64,000 bases of DNA, taken from NCBI GenBank assembly GCA_040387855.1, contig JAZKCY010000001.1, forward strand, positions 910,922 to 974,921, in the 5' to 3' direction. This stretch comes from Patescibacteria group bacterium (GTDB lineage: Bacteria; Patescibacteriota; Minisyncoccia; Phycocordibacterales; JAKAEA01). Every line of letters starts with the position of its first letter. Position 1 is the stretch's first letter. The notes beneath the pieces are model-generated. The model was not told where the DNA came from and made no database searches. It saw nothing but the letters and a program-made list of their open reading frames with translations. Below are positions 9,807 through 19,000 of this stretch, in pieces. Both the position numbers and the translations under genes were made by a program.

Positions 9807-10340
9807 TTAATCGTGAAGACTTACTAATTTATTAAGATCTGCGTATCTCACTTTTGCGTTACCTCGCAGCGCACATATTTTTATAAACTCCTGATTATCA
9901 TTTACTGTTGCCGTAATGAGACGCAATGATGGATAATTTGTTTCAGCATTTGTGGTATTAAGTACCCGAACATCATACTTAGTAAGAATTCCCATTGCTG
10001 TTGCGAAATTCACATCAGAAGTAAAACCCACTAAAATAGAACCACGTTCATATTCAGTATTTGTTGCCCGTGTTTGCTCCCACAAATCTTCAGCACATGC
10101 TGCGGAATTATTTGGAGCTGGAGATGGAGTTGCTGTAGTTGATGATCCAGTAGATGTTTTTATACCTGAATTTTCCGATTCTGGTGTAGTACTAGCACTA
10201 TCTGTAATTATAGGAGTTGATGTAGCGACAGGTGGTCTATAGGGAATCGCTCGAGATGGACGTGACGTAAGATATAATCCCCACCCGATTAAACCAAACA
10301 AAATGACGATACTACCAATGATATAACTTCGTGTTCTCAT
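9807..10340 (-). CDS. Membrane-anchored protein with a subtilisin-propeptide (I9)-like C-terminal domain
   Basis: N-terminal TM helix, S/T/P linker, then YERGSILVGF...VRYADLN resembling S8 prodomains. Confidence 0.45.
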   Translation of the reverse strand: MRTRSYIIGSIVILFGLIGWGLYLTSRPSRAIPYRPPVATSTPIITDSASTTPESENSGIKTSTGSSTTATPSPAPNNSAACAEDLWEQTRATNTEYERGSILVGFTSDVNFATAMGILTKYDVRVLNTTNAETNYPSLRLITATVNDNQEFIKICALRGNAKVRYADLNKLVSLHD

Positions 10341-10355
10341 ACTCTCTATTATACC

Positions 10356-10817
10356 CTAAGATATTTGAGAGGTGCACTGCGGACAACGGGTTGCCTTAAT
10401 TGGGATAACAGACATACAAAATGGACATGGTTTGGTTGTCGGAATTTCTTCATTGCCTTCATTTCTTCGTCGGTGAAGTGCATTCATCCATCGAACCAAC
10501 ATAAATACCACAAACGCGGTAATAATAAAGCTGATTACATCATTTATGAATAATCCGTATTTAAGCACTGGAGCGCCTGCCTGTTCTGCATCTGCTAAAG
10601 ATTTAAAATCTTGACGACTTAGGTCAAAATAAAGATTTGAAAAGTTAACTTTGTTGAGTGCTAGTCCAATAGGCGGAAGTACAATATTTTTAACAAGAGA
10701 ATTAACGAGATTATTGAATCCAGCACCAACAATAATACCAACAGCGAGATCAATAACATTTCCACGAAGTGCAAATTCTTTAAATTCCCGAGCTAAATTT
10801 TTTGCTGAAAAAATCAT
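10356..10817 (-). CDS. mscL: Large-conductance mechanosensitive channel with C-terminal zinc ribbon
   Basis: EFKEFALRGNVIDLAVGIIVG motif; C-terminal CPFC...CPQC. Confidence 0.95.
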   Translation of the reverse strand: MIFSAKNLAREFKEFALRGNVIDLAVGIIVGAGFNNLVNSLVKNIVLPPIGLALNKVNFSNLYFDLSRQDFKSLADAEQAGAPVLKYGLFINDVISFIITAFVVFMLVRWMNALHRRRNEGNEEIPTTKPCPFCMSVIPIKATRCPQCTSQIS

Positions 10818-10822
10818 ACTAA

Positions 10823-11299
10823 TTAAGATTTAAATACCCACAAGCGATTAAGAAAAAAGTTCCAAAATATTGTTACTAATGTTGCTACAATTTTTGCTAC
10901 AAGATCATGCATACCAATATATCTTCGTAAAACTGCAAAAAGAGCAAGACTCAACAACAATGCAGTAATAGTACTGATATAAAACTTTGTAGCCTCTCCC
11001 ATTGATGCTCGCTCTTGTCGTTTGAATGTCCATGAGCGATTGAGGAAATAACTAAAAGTTGCGGCAGCAGCAAATGCAATAATGATAGCTATAGCATACT
11101 TACTATCACCTTCCAGTAATGTGAGTGGTGAATATCGAGTGAGTATATAATACGCACAAAAGTCTATTGCTGTGTTTGCTACACCAATAATACCAAATTT
11201 CACAAACTGGTGAAGTGATTGTTGAGTCTTATGTGATTTTACAAACACAGCTATACAAGCTAAGACAAGACCATCAAATCTAGTAATAAGAGAGTTCAT
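10823..11299 (-). CDS. GtrA family flippase-like protein
   Basis: Motifs QFVKFGIIG..NT, NRSWTF and WNFFLNRLWVF. Leaderless start at 11299. Confidence 0.88.
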   Translation of the reverse strand: MNSLITRFDGLVLACIAVFVKSHKTQQSLHQFVKFGIIGVANTAIDFCAYYILTRYSPLTLLEGDSKYAIAIIIAFAAAATFSYFLNRSWTFKRQERASMGEATKFYISTITALLLSLALFAVLRRYIGMHDLVAKIVATLVTIFWNFFLNRLWVFKS

Positions 11300-11313
11300 G
11301 GAAATAGTATACA

Positions 11314-12489
11314 CTAGCCAACCTGTGTTCCGTTTTCATACACAGCAGGAATAACGATCAAGTGATTCTTGATAAGAAATATCCATGACACTGTGAGGTT
11401 CCATGCAAAGCTAATAGTTGTTGCTAATACAATTGCAAGAATATCATTTACCCCAAGTACTAGGAATGATGTAAGTGCTGAAGTGTTTATAAAGAATGCG
11501 GCTGCAAGAATAGCGTACATTGTAACTCGCCCACTTCGTGTCTGTGTTGATTGTGGGAATACCCAGTACGAACCAGTAAGCAAGATTGGAAGACTTCCAA
11601 TAAAGAATGCAGCACTCTTCGCAATGATAAGATGATCAGCAAAAAATGGAATTGATCGAGTGAGTGCTAAATAAAAGATCCAGTCTATTGCAGTGTTGAT
11701 TGCTCCTAAAATCAAAAACTTAGCTAGAATAATATGTCGCTGATCTCCAAGTCGTTTATCATACATACCATAAATTCCGTTTGAGAGATTGAGCTTAATC
11801 TGAAATGTTTCCTTAAGCATCCGAACCATTCCCTTTAATGTTACGTGTGTTCGTTCATCATTTACCCAAGTAATTGGTTCTTCTTTAATCTTAAAACCAA
11901 ACAATTTTGCGATAGCAAGAATTTCCACATCAAATGCCCATGCAACTATTTTTTGCTTGCTAAATATCTTTTCTGCAGCTTTAGCTGTAAACATTTTAAA
12001 ACCGTTTTGTGAATCTGTAATTCCTAGAGGAACCATCATATGAATCATTGTTCGAAATATAGTTCCCAATAATTCACGTAATTTACTCTGATCTTTCACG
12101 AGCACAGATCCATCGATTCGACGAGAACTTACAACAACATCATACCCTTCTTCAAATTTAGGAAAAAATTGTTCAACATGATCAATAGTTGTTGAATTGT
12201 CTGCATCCATAAAGAGGCGGTACTGCCCGGTTGCTTCTAGCATACCTTGTCGTACGACAAAGCCTTTACCGTGATTTTTAGCATTATTACTCAAACGGAG
12301 GTTTTGAATAGATGGAAGTAAGTTTTGTACTACTTCAGCTGTTGTGTCTTTAGAACCGTCATTTACCACGATAATTTCGTAGGTGTAATGTTGTGACTTT
12401 AAATACGTATCAATAGAAAGGAGCGTAGCCTCAATTCGTTCAGCTTCGTTGTATGCCGGTATTACGACAGATAAAAGGGGGTTTTGCAT
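11314..12489 (-). CDS. GT2 polyprenol-phosphate glycosyltransferase (Dol-P-Glc synthase-like) fused to a C-terminal GtrA domain
   Basis: Motifs SVVIPAYNE, VNDGSKD, GKG..VR.GM, FMDAD, DSQNGFK and FDVEIL; C-terminal KFLILGAINT...WN four-TM GtrA-like part. Confidence 0.85.
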   Translation of the reverse strand: MQNPLLSVVIPAYNEAERIEATLLSIDTYLKSQHYTYEIIVVNDGSKDTTAEVVQNLLPSIQNLRLSNNAKNHGKGFVVRQGMLEATGQYRLFMDADNSTTIDHVEQFFPKFEEGYDVVVSSRRIDGSVLVKDQSKLRELLGTIFRTMIHMMVPLGITDSQNGFKMFTAKAAEKIFSKQKIVAWAFDVEILAIAKLFGFKIKEEPITWVNDERTHVTLKGMVRMLKETFQIKLNLSNGIYGMYDKRLGDQRHIILAKFLILGAINTAIDWIFYLALTRSIPFFADHLIIAKSAAFFIGSLPILLTGSYWVFPQSTQTRSGRVTMYAILAAAFFINTSALTSFLVLGVNDILAIVLATTISFAWNLTVSWIFLIKNHLIVIPAVYENGTQVG

Positions 12490-12516
12490 GGTGATTTTAT
12501 AATCTATGCATAGTGT

Positions 12517-12542
12517 GACGGTAAAAGACCGATTCTCTTACA
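12517..12542 (-). promoter_or_regulatory. ECF-type promoter TGTAAG-N16-CGTC (drives GT2-GtrA)
   Basis: The minus strand reads TGTAAG agaatcggtcttttac CGTC. Confidence 0.75.
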
Positions 12543-12574
12543 GATTAAGAAGCAAACGCGGGTATTATTATACC

Positions 12575-12600
12575 TGTAAGAATAAGCCTTTTTTAGCGTC
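12575..12600 (+). promoter_or_regulatory. ECF-type promoter TGTAAG-N16-CGTC (drives the synthase operon)
   Basis: TGTAAG aataagccttttttag CGTC, back-to-back with the 12517 copy. Confidence 0.75.
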
Positions 12601-12644
12601 TTTATTCCTGAGACCGCAATCGAAATCCATTAACTGAGAAATTT

Positions 12645-13232
12645 ATGACCATCAAAAAATTACTAAAATTACTGCTCATCCTTATCATAGTTGTAGCATT
12701 TTCAAGCACAACAATAAAGGCTTTTGCCGCAGTTGAAGATAAAGCCAACAGTAAAAAGGACGACGATGCCTCACCTACTTTATCAGAAGTCATCAAAGAC
12801 TTGGTAGCTCCCTCACAGGCAACCACAACTGAGCCAGTTGCAGAACAAGAACAAACAGCTACAACAACACCCGTTGTAGAGCCAAAAGAAGAACCAAAGA
12901 CGGTTGAAGAAGTTCTTAATACAGTTATCCCTCCACGAGATACCCCACAGAAAAACCCACCTACAAAATCAACAATAGGCACAACTACTCCAGTTGCAGG
13001 ATCAACAGACGAGACTCCTTTCCAACGTCTTATTGGTGGAATTACACAAGGTTACTCACCTACTAATTACTACTCACCTCTCAATTCACTAAGCCCAATG
13101 GCGACCTATGCATTTAGCTTTTGTGCAATGGTTATGGGAATAGCTGGCGCAGTATGCATTCTACGTGATCCACGTGAAGCAACGGTCTGGGCACCAGAAT
13201 CTATGGCAACATCACCATTATTAGAGCAATAA
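12645..13232 (+). CDS. Hypothetical exported protein with a T/P/E-rich linker and C-terminal TM helix; first gene of the synthase operon
   Basis: Signal-like N-terminus, low-complexity middle and hydrophobic C-terminal helix; 16 nt before the GH8 gene. Confidence 0.7.
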   Translation: MTIKKLLKLLLILIIVVAFSSTTIKAFAAVEDKANSKKDDDASPTLSEVIKDLVAPSQATTTEPVAEQEQTATTTPVVEPKEEPKTVEEVLNTVIPPRDTPQKNPPTKSTIGTTTPVAGSTDETPFQRLIGGITQGYSPTNYYSPLNSLSPMATYAFSFCAMVMGIAGAVCILRDPREATVWAPESMATSPLLEQ

Positions 13233-13248
13233 TCCAACTACCATCACA

Positions 13249-14445
13249 ATGTCACGAAAAACCTGGGGGATATTTTTATTAGTCGGAGCATTCCTAATTT
13301 TAGGATTTGTTGCGTATAAAAATAGTCCAAAACGACAAGTACCAATCATTTTCTCACCTCGAACTGAACTTCTTACACTGTGGGAAGCATACAAACAAGA
13401 ATATATCGAGAAAGGAAGTTTTCGAGTACTTGATAAACAAAAAGATTCTATAACCACATCTGAAGGTCAAAGTTATGCAATGCTTAGAGCAGTGTGGCTT
13501 GATGACAAACCAACGTTTGATGGAGTGTGGAAGTTTACAAAAGACAATCTTCAACACAAAGAAGGAGATAAGCTTTTTGCATGGCTCTTTGGTAAGCAGC
13601 CAGATGGTTCATACGGAATTATGACAAGCCAAGGTGGCCAAAACAGTGCAACTGATGCAGATACAGATATTGCTCTTGCTCTTATCTTTGCTTCTGCGCG
13701 ATGGAACAATCAGGATTATTTAAATGAAGCAAAATTGATTCTTGATAGTGTTTGGGCGCACGAAGTAGTCGATATTAAAGGCCGACCATACCTTGTTGCA
13801 AACAATCTCGAGAAAAACTCACCAACAACAATGGTGGTCAATCCTTCATACTTCTCTCCTTATGCATATCGAGTATTTGCAAAAGTTGATCCAACACATA
13901 ACTGGATGGGCCTTGTAGATACTTCATATGAAGTACTAGAAAAGAGTATGGCGGCTCCTCTTGATCAAACAAAGAGTGCAAATATTCCACCAGACTGGAT
14001 TTTCCTCGATAAAACCAATGGCGCGATCTTACCACCAAAGGCAGAAAATCTTTCTACCAACTTTGGATATGATGCACTTCGCACACCATGGAGAATTGCG
14101 CTTGATTGGCAGTGGTTTGAAGAACCTCGAGCAAAAGCGCTCTTAACTGATATGAAATTCCTAAGCGAACAATGGAATAGTAATTCTGTATTGTATGTGC
14201 CATATAAGCACAATGGCGAACCTGCTGAGAAACATCAATCTGCGGCCTTCTATGGCGGTACAATTGGTTATTTCATGGTAGCAGATCCAGAGAATGCAAA
14301 GGTCATTTATGACAATAAACTCCAAGTACTTTACAACCCAGATACAAATTCTTGGAAAGTTAAGCTCGGCTATTACGACGATAACTGGGTATGGTTTGGA
14401 ATTGCACTTTATAACAATCTTCTCCCAAATCTCGCAGCAAATTAA
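13249..14445 (+). CDS. Glycoside hydrolase family 8 (BcsZ-like endoglucanase)
   Basis: Motifs TTSEGQSYAM, NSATDAD.DIALAL, NPSY and GYDALRTPWR. Confidence 0.9.
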   Translation: MSRKTWGIFLLVGAFLILGFVAYKNSPKRQVPIIFSPRTELLTLWEAYKQEYIEKGSFRVLDKQKDSITTSEGQSYAMLRAVWLDDKPTFDGVWKFTKDNLQHKEGDKLFAWLFGKQPDGSYGIMTSQGGQNSATDADTDIALALIFASARWNNQDYLNEAKLILDSVWAHEVVDIKGRPYLVANNLEKNSPTTMVVNPSYFSPYAYRVFAKVDPTHNWMGLVDTSYEVLEKSMAAPLDQTKSANIPPDWIFLDKTNGAILPPKAENLSTNFGYDALRTPWRIALDWQWFEEPRAKALLTDMKFLSEQWNSNSVLYVPYKHNGEPAEKHQSAAFYGGTIGYFMVADPENAKVIYDNKLQVLYNPDTNSWKVKLGYYDDNWVWFGIALYNNLLPNLAAN

Positions 14446-14456
14446 TTATCACCATT

Positions 14457-16004
14457 ATGACACCCTACACAAAAACAGCCTTGCCTTCGAAGATGTCGTT
14501 TCTGTTCAACAACATCCCAAAATTCTTGGTATTTGTTGATATTGTGATTGCGATTATTTACACATTTATACTTACCTTCTGGTTTCAGGTATCAAATGTG
14601 TATCTTTTCAGTGCACTTATTGTAGGGCAAGCATTCTCATTGTGGATGGCACTCACCTTCCTTTACACCATTTGGGACATGTCATACATGCCAGAAGGTG
14701 ATGATTCTTTTAGTGAGCCTGTAGATGTATACATTACTGTAGCTGGTGAACCAACAAACATTGTTGAAGAAACACTTGTCGCAGCTCTTGCAATGGAGTA
14801 TCCAAAGTTTAGTGTCTATCTTTTGAACGATGGATTTGTTGCTAAAAAAGACAATTGGAAAGAAATTGAAGACTTAGCTATTAAATACGGTGCTGGATGT
14901 ATCACACGTACAGTTCCTGGAGGAGCAAAAGCAGGAAATATAAATAACGCACTCAAGAATACAACAAGTCCATTTGTTGCTATCTTTGATGCTGATCATA
15001 TTCCTCACAAAGACTTCCTTCAAAAGACAATGCGATACTTTGCAGATGAAAAAATGGCATTCGTACAGTCTCCTCAATACTACAAAAACTATGCTACAAA
15101 TTATGTAACTCGTGGTGCATGGGATCAACAGTCACTCTTTTTCGGATCAATTCTTAAAGGAAAGAATCGTCACAATGCAGTAAGTATGTGTGGAACCAAC
15201 ATGGTTATCCGACGTGAACCCCTAATTGCAGTAGGTGGTATGTGTGATACCAACATTGCTGAAGACTTCGTAACAGGTCTTATGATCCACAAGCTTGGAT
15301 ACAAGTCTACCTATGTTCCTGAAGTACTCGCAGAAGGACTCGCACCAGAAGACTTCCTGTCATATTACAAGCAGCAGCTACGATGGGCACGAGGGAGTTT
15401 GGAAGTGCTTTTCAAGTACAATCCAATCTTTAGTAGAAAACTCACATGGGCACAAAAGATTCAATACATGTCATCTGCTAGTTATTACCTTTCAGGAATC
15501 TTTGTGATCATGAATGCGATAATTCCAATTATCTTCTTCTTTACTGGTTCTGTTCCCTTCCTGATTTCAACAATGGCATTGGCAATTGTGTTTATTCCTT
15601 ATATCTTCTTACTCATTTACAGTCTCCAGCTTTCAACCAACTTCACCTATAGCTTCCAAGCAATCGCATTCTCAATGGCATCATGGTCTATTCATGTCCG
15701 CGCATTATACGAGCTTATTATTGGAAGAAAGAGTGGGTTCGCGATTACTTCAAAAACAGCGATTAAAGGAAACTTTATAAAACTAGTACGTCCTCATATT
15801 GCTTACTATGTGATAGCATTAATTGGTCTCGGTGTTGCTCTCTTCCGAGAAGGATTGAGCGCATCGGTATCAACAAACATGGCATGGGTGCTTTTGAATG
15901 TTGTCATCTTTTACCCATTTATTAAAGCATCACTTCCTGAAAAGGAATCAAAGGAAGAAGCAGCCGTTGTAACTACAAACGCATATGCATTACCAAAACG
16001 ATAA
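14457..16004 (+). CDS. Cellulose-synthase-like processive GT2 (BcsA-like), no PilZ domain
   Basis: Motifs LNDG, AKAGNIN, FDADH, VQSPQ, CGTN, AED and QQLRWARG. The protein ends shortly after the TM helices, with no RxxxR/PilZ. Confidence 0.88.
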   Translation: MTPYTKTALPSKMSFLFNNIPKFLVFVDIVIAIIYTFILTFWFQVSNVYLFSALIVGQAFSLWMALTFLYTIWDMSYMPEGDDSFSEPVDVYITVAGEPTNIVEETLVAALAMEYPKFSVYLLNDGFVAKKDNWKEIEDLAIKYGAGCITRTVPGGAKAGNINNALKNTTSPFVAIFDADHIPHKDFLQKTMRYFADEKMAFVQSPQYYKNYATNYVTRGAWDQQSLFFGSILKGKNRHNAVSMCGTNMVIRREPLIAVGGMCDTNIAEDFVTGLMIHKLGYKSTYVPEVLAEGLAPEDFLSYYKQQLRWARGSLEVLFKYNPIFSRKLTWAQKIQYMSSASYYLSGIFVIMNAIIPIIFFFTGSVPFLISTMALAIVFIPYIFLLIYSLQLSTNFTYSFQAIAFSMASWSIHVRALYELIIGRKSGFAITSKTAIKGNFIKLVRPHIAYYVIALIGLGVALFREGLSASVSTNMAWVLLNVVIFYPFIKASLPEKESKEEAAVVTTNAYALPKR

Positions 16005-17490
16005 AACTAATAATGATCGAAGTGCCTTTCTCCCACTATTGGGCCTCATTATCTTTGTAATTGCAATTGCGTTCCTTTTCTTTACTCAGCAAAGTCTACG
16101 CCTCGATGAAGCGCAAAGTTTATGGCAAACAAGTCATACGCCAACTAAAATATTAAACATCATTGCTCAAGATGTGCATGTACCGTTTTATCACATGATC
16201 TTGCACTTCTGGCAGTTATTTCTTGGTAATACCGTAGAAACAGGACGAGCACTTTCTCTCATTTTCTTTGTGCTCTCAATTCCTGCAATGTACTTCTTAG
16301 GTAAACGTGCATTCAATAGAAATGTTGCGTTGTTTGCAACAACTCTCTATGCTGTTTCACCATTTATGAATTGGTACGGAAGTGAAATTCGAATGTACAG
16401 TTTGCTTACACTTCTTACAATTCTTTCTCAGTATTTCTTCTTAGGAATCTATAAATTACGAGATGGTGATTCTTGGATTGGATATTCTATTGTTGCACTC
16501 TTTGGAATCTTCACCCACTACTTCTTCTTCTTTGTACTTCTTGTACAAGCATTATTCTATTTTATTTATCGACCTGGCTTTGCACCCAATTCACTTAAAA
16601 AATTTATAACTATAGCTGTACTTTTGGTACTCATATTTAGTCCATGGGTCTACTATATGCAAATTCAAGGTAGTGGAAGTACTACAGCTCCAATGCTTAC
16701 TGCTCCATCTACTATTGATGTTTTCAATTCATTCTCACAATTCTTGTTCGGATTCCAGAATGATCACATGAATACCCTTCTTGTTTCATTGTGGCCAATT
16801 ACAGTGCTCTTAGGATTCTTGGCTTTACGAGAAAACGAAAAAGTATCTTCAGACGCAGTGTATATGTTGATGTCGATTTTGATTCCAATGGTAGCTGCGT
16901 TTGTGGTGAGTGTTACCCTTCGACCATTGTTTGTATCACGATATCTGATTCTCACCATACCTTCTTTGTATTTATTTATTGGTTGGGTATTTTCTACCTA
17001 TCCAAAGCAATTGCAGAATGTAGTAAAAGCAGTTCTTATCTTCGCAATGCTTGCTAGTCTTGCAATTGAAATTGTAAGTCCTACAACTCCAACCAAAGAA
17101 AACTACCGAGAAGCTGTAACCTATCTTGAACAGCGCACAACAGCTCAAGATGTTATTGTTCTCTCAGCACCATTCACTCGATACCCTGTAGAATATTATT
17201 ATCGTGGACCAGCAGAACTCACGACCCTTCCAATTTGGAATCAGCTTACTGGTGCTATGCCTCAGTTTAGTGAAGAAAAACTTCCAGAAGAAATCAACAC
17301 TATTAAGCAAGGTCATAAAATTGCCTGGGTTCTCTTAAGTTATGATCAGGGATATTCAGAAACAATCCGACTCTACATGGACAACAACTTTGAACGAATT
17401 GATACCCACGTATTCTCTCCCGACCTCAAACTCTATGTCTATAAATTAAACTACGACGAGCCAATCTTTGGTCAAGCTACATCTCAATAA
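15985..17490 (+). CDS. GT-C membrane glycosyltransferase (PMT/ArnT-like, GT39/GT83)
   Basis: Motifs SLRLDEA, DVHVPFY, R.LS, EIRMYSL and THYF; multi-TM. Overlaps the synthase stop codon. Confidence 0.85.
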   Translation: MHYQNDKTNNDRSAFLPLLGLIIFVIAIAFLFFTQQSLRLDEAQSLWQTSHTPTKILNIIAQDVHVPFYHMILHFWQLFLGNTVETGRALSLIFFVLSIPAMYFLGKRAFNRNVALFATTLYAVSPFMNWYGSEIRMYSLLTLLTILSQYFFLGIYKLRDGDSWIGYSIVALFGIFTHYFFFFVLLVQALFYFIYRPGFAPNSLKKFITIAVLLVLIFSPWVYYMQIQGSGSTTAPMLTAPSTIDVFNSFSQFLFGFQNDHMNTLLVSLWPITVLLGFLALRENEKVSSDAVYMLMSILIPMVAAFVVSVTLRPLFVSRYLILTIPSLYLFIGWVFSTYPKQLQNVVKAVLIFAMLASLAIEIVSPTTPTKENYREAVTYLEQRTTAQDVIVLSAPFTRYPVEYYYRGPAELTTLPIWNQLTGAMPQFSEEKLPEEINTIKQGHKIAWVLLSYDQGYSETIRLYMDNNFERIDTHVFSPDLKLYVYKLNYDEPIFGQATSQ

Positions 17491-17498
17491 TAAAAACT

Positions 17499-17528
17499 AA
17501 AACACCCTGATTTAAATCAGGGTGTTTT
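17499..17528. terminator. Bidirectional terminator, perfect palindrome
   Basis: AAAACACCCTGATTTAAATCAGGGTGTTTT. Confidence 0.85.
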
Positions 17529-17529
17529 G

Positions 17530-17868
17530 TTATGCTTCAGGATTTAATGATTCAATAAATGCCTGTACAGAATCAGGACTTTGAAAGTCAAAGAGTGTAC
17601 ATTTTTCTTCAGGCTTTTCCTTATCCGATACGAGGAGATAATATAATTCATACTGTTTGTAATTCTGATATTTAGTCTGTAGACGTGTAGCAAATCCCGT
17701 TAAGAGCTCTTTTGTCTTTTGTGGATCATCCATGTATAGATTAAGCAGGATTTGATCAAGTGATTTTGTAATCTGCTCACGGCTTTTTGGAGGCTCATGA
17801 TAAACATGTCCATGCTCATGATCATTTGTGGGTTCTTCTTCTTGATAACTACCAAAGCCCTCATTCAT
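17530..17868 (-). CDS. Hypothetical protein
   Basis: 112-aa ORF with host-like composition. Confidence 0.65.
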   Translation of the reverse strand: MNEGFGSYQEEEPTNDHEHGHVYHEPPKSREQITKSLDQILLNLYMDDPQKTKELLTGFATRLQTKYQNYKQYELYYLLVSDKEKPEEKCTLFDFQSPDSVQAFIESLNPEA

Positions 17869-17990
17869 ACCTTAATTATGAACTCAATATTTTTTTTGTA
17901 CAGTATATTAGTATGATCATTCTTGCATTTACCTTTGAAACTTGTAGTATTGCCACTGGACGAGATGTCACCCACACAAGGAGGTTAACC

Positions 17991-18464
17991 GTGCCTACGG
18001 AACCTAATACGATTCATGCGGTTTTCGCAGACCAAATTTGCAGCGATTGCTATGTCCCTAGGCCTCACTGGAGGCATTCGGGCGCGTTGGTTCCTGAGGG
18101 AAGCCCGCTTGGGCACTTCTGCGACGACTGCTGGGAAGTCCGCAAGAAGGGAGCAAAACTCCCCCTCGGGACAACGGTCTACACCGACCGTGCCCAGGGC
18201 AAGTACGTCCTACTTCGCTTCCCCGACAAGCTCCCGCCGCCGTCAGGAATTGAGGTTCCCGACATTGCCGCCCTTGGCGAACGTGTCAGAAGGCATCTCG
18301 GCGTGCGTGTCAACAACGCAAGCGTCATGAGAGCAGTGCAGTTCTTTTGGGATCCCAAGCTTGATCAAGAGCTCGTCAACAGGTTCTTAAACGAGCTTCA
18401 TGGCGAGATCCGAATACTCCTCTTCGCCGCGCGCAACGTTCCATACGTCGCTCCGGAAAGCTGA
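17991..18464 (+). CDS. GC-rich hypothetical protein with CxxC...CxxC (zinc-finger-like)
   Basis: GTG at 17991 is preceded by AAGGAGG and a TTGCAT-16-TAGTAT promoter (17923-17950). Motifs CSDC and CDDC. Terminator CCGAC-TTCAT-GTCGG-T7 at ~18493-18514. Confidence 0.65.
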   Translation: MPTEPNTIHAVFADQICSDCYVPRPHWRHSGALVPEGSPLGHFCDDCWEVRKKGAKLPLGTTVYTDRAQGKYVLLRFPDKLPPPSGIEVPDIAALGERVRRHLGVRVNNASVMRAVQFFWDPKLDQELVNRFLNELHGEIRILLFAARNVPYVAPES

Positions 18465-18555
18465 GAAACCTGCCATCAACCTGTGTACCCCGCCGACTTC
18501 ATGTCGGTTTTTTTATTGATAGTTTATGAATTTTAATAATAAAAAACAGCATCGG

Positions 18556-18879
18556 TTAGGACTGCTGCCAACGAACTTCTCCTCTTTTGTGCACGAAATC
18601 GTACTCGCCTTCGACAACCCCAATATACTTATACTCGGGGCTATCAACCCAGGCTACAAAGCTCATCCTCCCAAAGTCATCGGAGCTGGGCTGCTTTGTC
18701 CTCCAAACCAAAAAAACGGCGTAAAGCGAGGGACTCCAGGTATCAGACTCAGCCGATACTTTCAGCCCCAATCTCACTCGATGTCGTGCTGGCAACTGAA
18801 TTCTTGCCGCTTGAGCTAGGCACAGAACGATATCTTCGGGTGCCAGCTCATTCATAATACAGAACTTCTGCTGTCCCAT
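18556..18879 (-). CDS. GC-elevated hypothetical protein
   Basis: ATG 18879 with SD AAAGGAG and a TTGCAT-16-TACTAT promoter (18917-18944). Confidence 0.55.
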   Translation of the reverse strand: MGQQKFCIMNELAPEDIVLCLAQAARIQLPARHRVRLGLKVSAESDTWSPSLYAVFLVWRTKQPSSDDFGRMSFVAWVDSPEYKYIGVVEGEYDFVHKRGEVRWQQS

Positions 18880-18951
18880 GATTGAGCTCCTTTTAGCAAT
18901 GAATTTCCCCACGATGATAGTAAATTATTTACTAAGAAATGCAAGTAACAC

Positions 18952-18979
18952 AAAACCCGCATACTAATATGCGGGCTTT
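18952..18979 (-). terminator. Terminator after GH113 gene 1
   Basis: AAAACCCGCATACTAATATGCGGGCTTT hairpin. Confidence 0.65.
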
Positions 18980-19000
18980 ATGCTTTTTTTCTGGTAACTA

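Noticed and set aside
12602-12982. 126-aa minus-strand ORF, and the many other short antisense or alternative-frame ORFs in the track
   Set aside because: They overlap well-supported genes and show no motifs or expression signals.
17787-17990. N-terminal extension of the 225-aa ORF
   Set aside because: It overlaps the opposite gene and the promoter; the strong SD supports GTG at 17991.
17923-18944. GC-rich genes as integron cassettes or an IS
   Set aside because: No recognisable attC structure, integrase, transposase, terminal repeats or target-site duplication.
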